Notes under the pieces: generated by a model
Databases searched by the model: none
Told to the model about the DNA's origin: nothing
What the model saw: the letters and a program-made list of their open reading frames with translations, nothing else
Origin: an uncultured bacterium
GTDB taxonomy: Bacteria; Patescibacteriota; Patescibacteriia; CAIQCM01
Direction: 5' to 3'
Assembly (NCBI GenBank): GCA_963708045.1
Contig: OY970181.1
Span: 259,740 to 323,739 of the forward strand
DNA: 64,000 nt
Position numbers and translations under genes: made by a program
Part shown: positions 63,056 to 64,000 of the stretch, in pieces
Position numbering within the stretch: position 1 is the first letter of the stretch
How the letters are laid out: each line of letters opens with the position of its first letter

Positions 63056-63745
63056 ATGAACAGCTTCAGACGCACTTTCACAAAGCCGCATACCTTTTTG
63101 GTTGTGGTTCATGCCGTGTCCGCGGACCAGGCGCTAGCAAACGCTCGCATTGCGCAAAACGGGGGAGCGGACGGGATATTTCTCATCAACCACAATATCC
63201 CCGCCCTTAAGCTTCTCGAGGCTTTCAGATTTGTTACCGACAAATTGCCAGGTTTCTGGGTCGGCTTGAACTGTCTGGATTACGGTTGGAATGCTGTTGA
63301 GATTATTCCGAGAACGACTGCTGGGCTCTGGATTGACAATGCGGGGATTGAAGAGGCGGGTGATGATTGCGTTGCTGTGGCAACGCAATTTGCCGAGCTT
63401 CGCGTCAGCGTCGGCTGGGAGGGTATCTATTTCGGCGGGGTCGCTTTTAAGTATCAAAAGCCTGTTTCCGACTTTGCTGCCGTTGCCAAAGCCGCGATCC
63501 CGTGGGTTGACGTCATCACGACGAGTGGCATGGGAACTGGTAAGGCGCCGGACGTCGGTAAGATCGCGACTATGAAAGACGCGATCGGCAATCATCCTCT
63601 CGCAATCGCGAGCGGGATCACGCCGGAGAACGTTCATTTGTTTGCGCCGCACGCCGACTGCTTTCTCGTGGCCACTGGCGTGAGCAAGTCACACACCGAA
63701 CTTGATCCAGCCAGGGTTCGTCTGTTGGCCGACAAATTGAGTTGA
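63056..63745 (+). CDS. BtpA/SgcQ-family TIM-barrel protein
   Basis: Segments GGADGIFLIN, VGLNCL, VITTSGMGTGKAPDV, LAIASGITPENV and ADCFLVATGVSK line up with recalled cyanobacterial BtpA motifs (GGVDGLMIEN, LGINVL, IVTGSRTGSPV, IFAGSGANLANL, ADGVIVGTALK). Confidence 0.6.
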   Translation: MNSFRRTFTKPHTFLVVVHAVSADQALANARIAQNGGADGIFLINHNIPALKLLEAFRFVTDKLPGFWVGLNCLDYGWNAVEIIPRTTAGLWIDNAGIEEAGDDCVAVATQFAELRVSVGWEGIYFGGVAFKYQKPVSDFAAVAKAAIPWVDVITTSGMGTGKAPDVGKIATMKDAIGNHPLAIASGITPENVHLFAPHADCFLVATGVSKSHTELDPARVRLLADKLS

Positions 63746-63750
63746 GTCGC

Positions 63751-63800
63751 CAATCAAAAGGAGGTCATCGCGTCCGGTATAGGGAAACCCTTACCGGACG
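63751..63800 (+). terminator. intrinsic terminator
   Basis: gtccggta-tagggaaaccctt-accggac followed by gtttcttttttt. Confidence 0.65.
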
Positions 63801-64000
63801 TTTCTTTTTTTAGTTTATTTCCATACTTCAATTTTAAACCGGCTTTGATGTTATCGCAGCCGGTTTTGTGGGCGAGAAGCGGGCGTTGGTTTCAGGGCTC
63901 CCTTGTGATGTCCTTGATCCTCTTGATCCGCGCCGTTAGCTGAGCCGTTTTTTGTTTCTCTCTTTTGAGAGCTTCCGCGAGATTGATATTCGGGTTCGTT

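Noticed and set aside
1-64000. CRISPR array interpretation of the dispersed ctaatatctaat / aacttttaac / ccctaccctccc repeats
   Set aside because: Repeats are palindromic, irregularly spaced, differ in length, and are scattered across 60 kb at gene boundaries rather than forming a direct-repeat/spacer ladder. No cas genes are present.

Overview
The window reads as a chromosomal segment from a small-genome, Candidate-Phyla-Radiation-like (Patescibacteria/Parcubacteria-type) bacterium. Genes are short and tightly packed. It carries four type IV pilin genes, and orphan membrane proteins and lipoproteins are common.

The segment spans the replication origin: rpmH-rnpA-yidD on the minus strand, then dnaA-dnaN on the plus strand. 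Consensus DnaA boxes (TTATCCACA / TGTGGATAA) flank dnaA.

Housekeeping genes downstream:
- a XerC/D-like recombinase
- tRNA-Arg(TCT), tRNA-His(GTG) and tRNA-Ser(CGA)
- a polar amino-acid ABC transporter
- IscS-IscU-ferredoxin
- a PBP1A
- RuvB, GalU and a phosphoglucose/phosphomannose isomerase
- Wzx flippase plus an O-antigen-ligase-like gene
- SpoIID/LytB, an SPFH protein and a BtpA-like protein

Accessory or unusual material:
1. A tandem array of seven divergent VirB2/TrbC-like 'T4SS pilin' paralogs (41.7-44.9 kb). It sits directly downstream of a GC-shifted block of orphan proteins and lipoproteins (36.9-41.6 kb).
2. A tandemly duplicated ~1 kb gene-plus-terminator unit whose two diverged paralogs share a DnaJ-type CxxCxGxG motif (48.8-50.7 kb).
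3. An ECF sigma/anti-sigma pair heading a MacAB-like efflux operon.
4. A NOX-like ferric reductase with a cytochrome-b5-like partner.
5. A Fic protein next to tRNA-His and a decayed RibD_C gene.
6. A frameshifted member of a three-gene type IV pilin tandem.
7. A G10 homopolymer at the flippase/ligase junction.
8. At least three families of dispersed palindromic intergenic repeats: 'ctaatatctaatacctaat', 'aacttttaac' and 'ccctaccctccc/aagggaggg' types. Several copies sit exactly at gene ends.
9. Two promoter+terminator-delimited candidate small RNA or leader regions.

No rRNA, CRISPR array, transposase or clear phage genes were seen. All calls rest on reading the sequence and recalled family motifs; no database search was possible.
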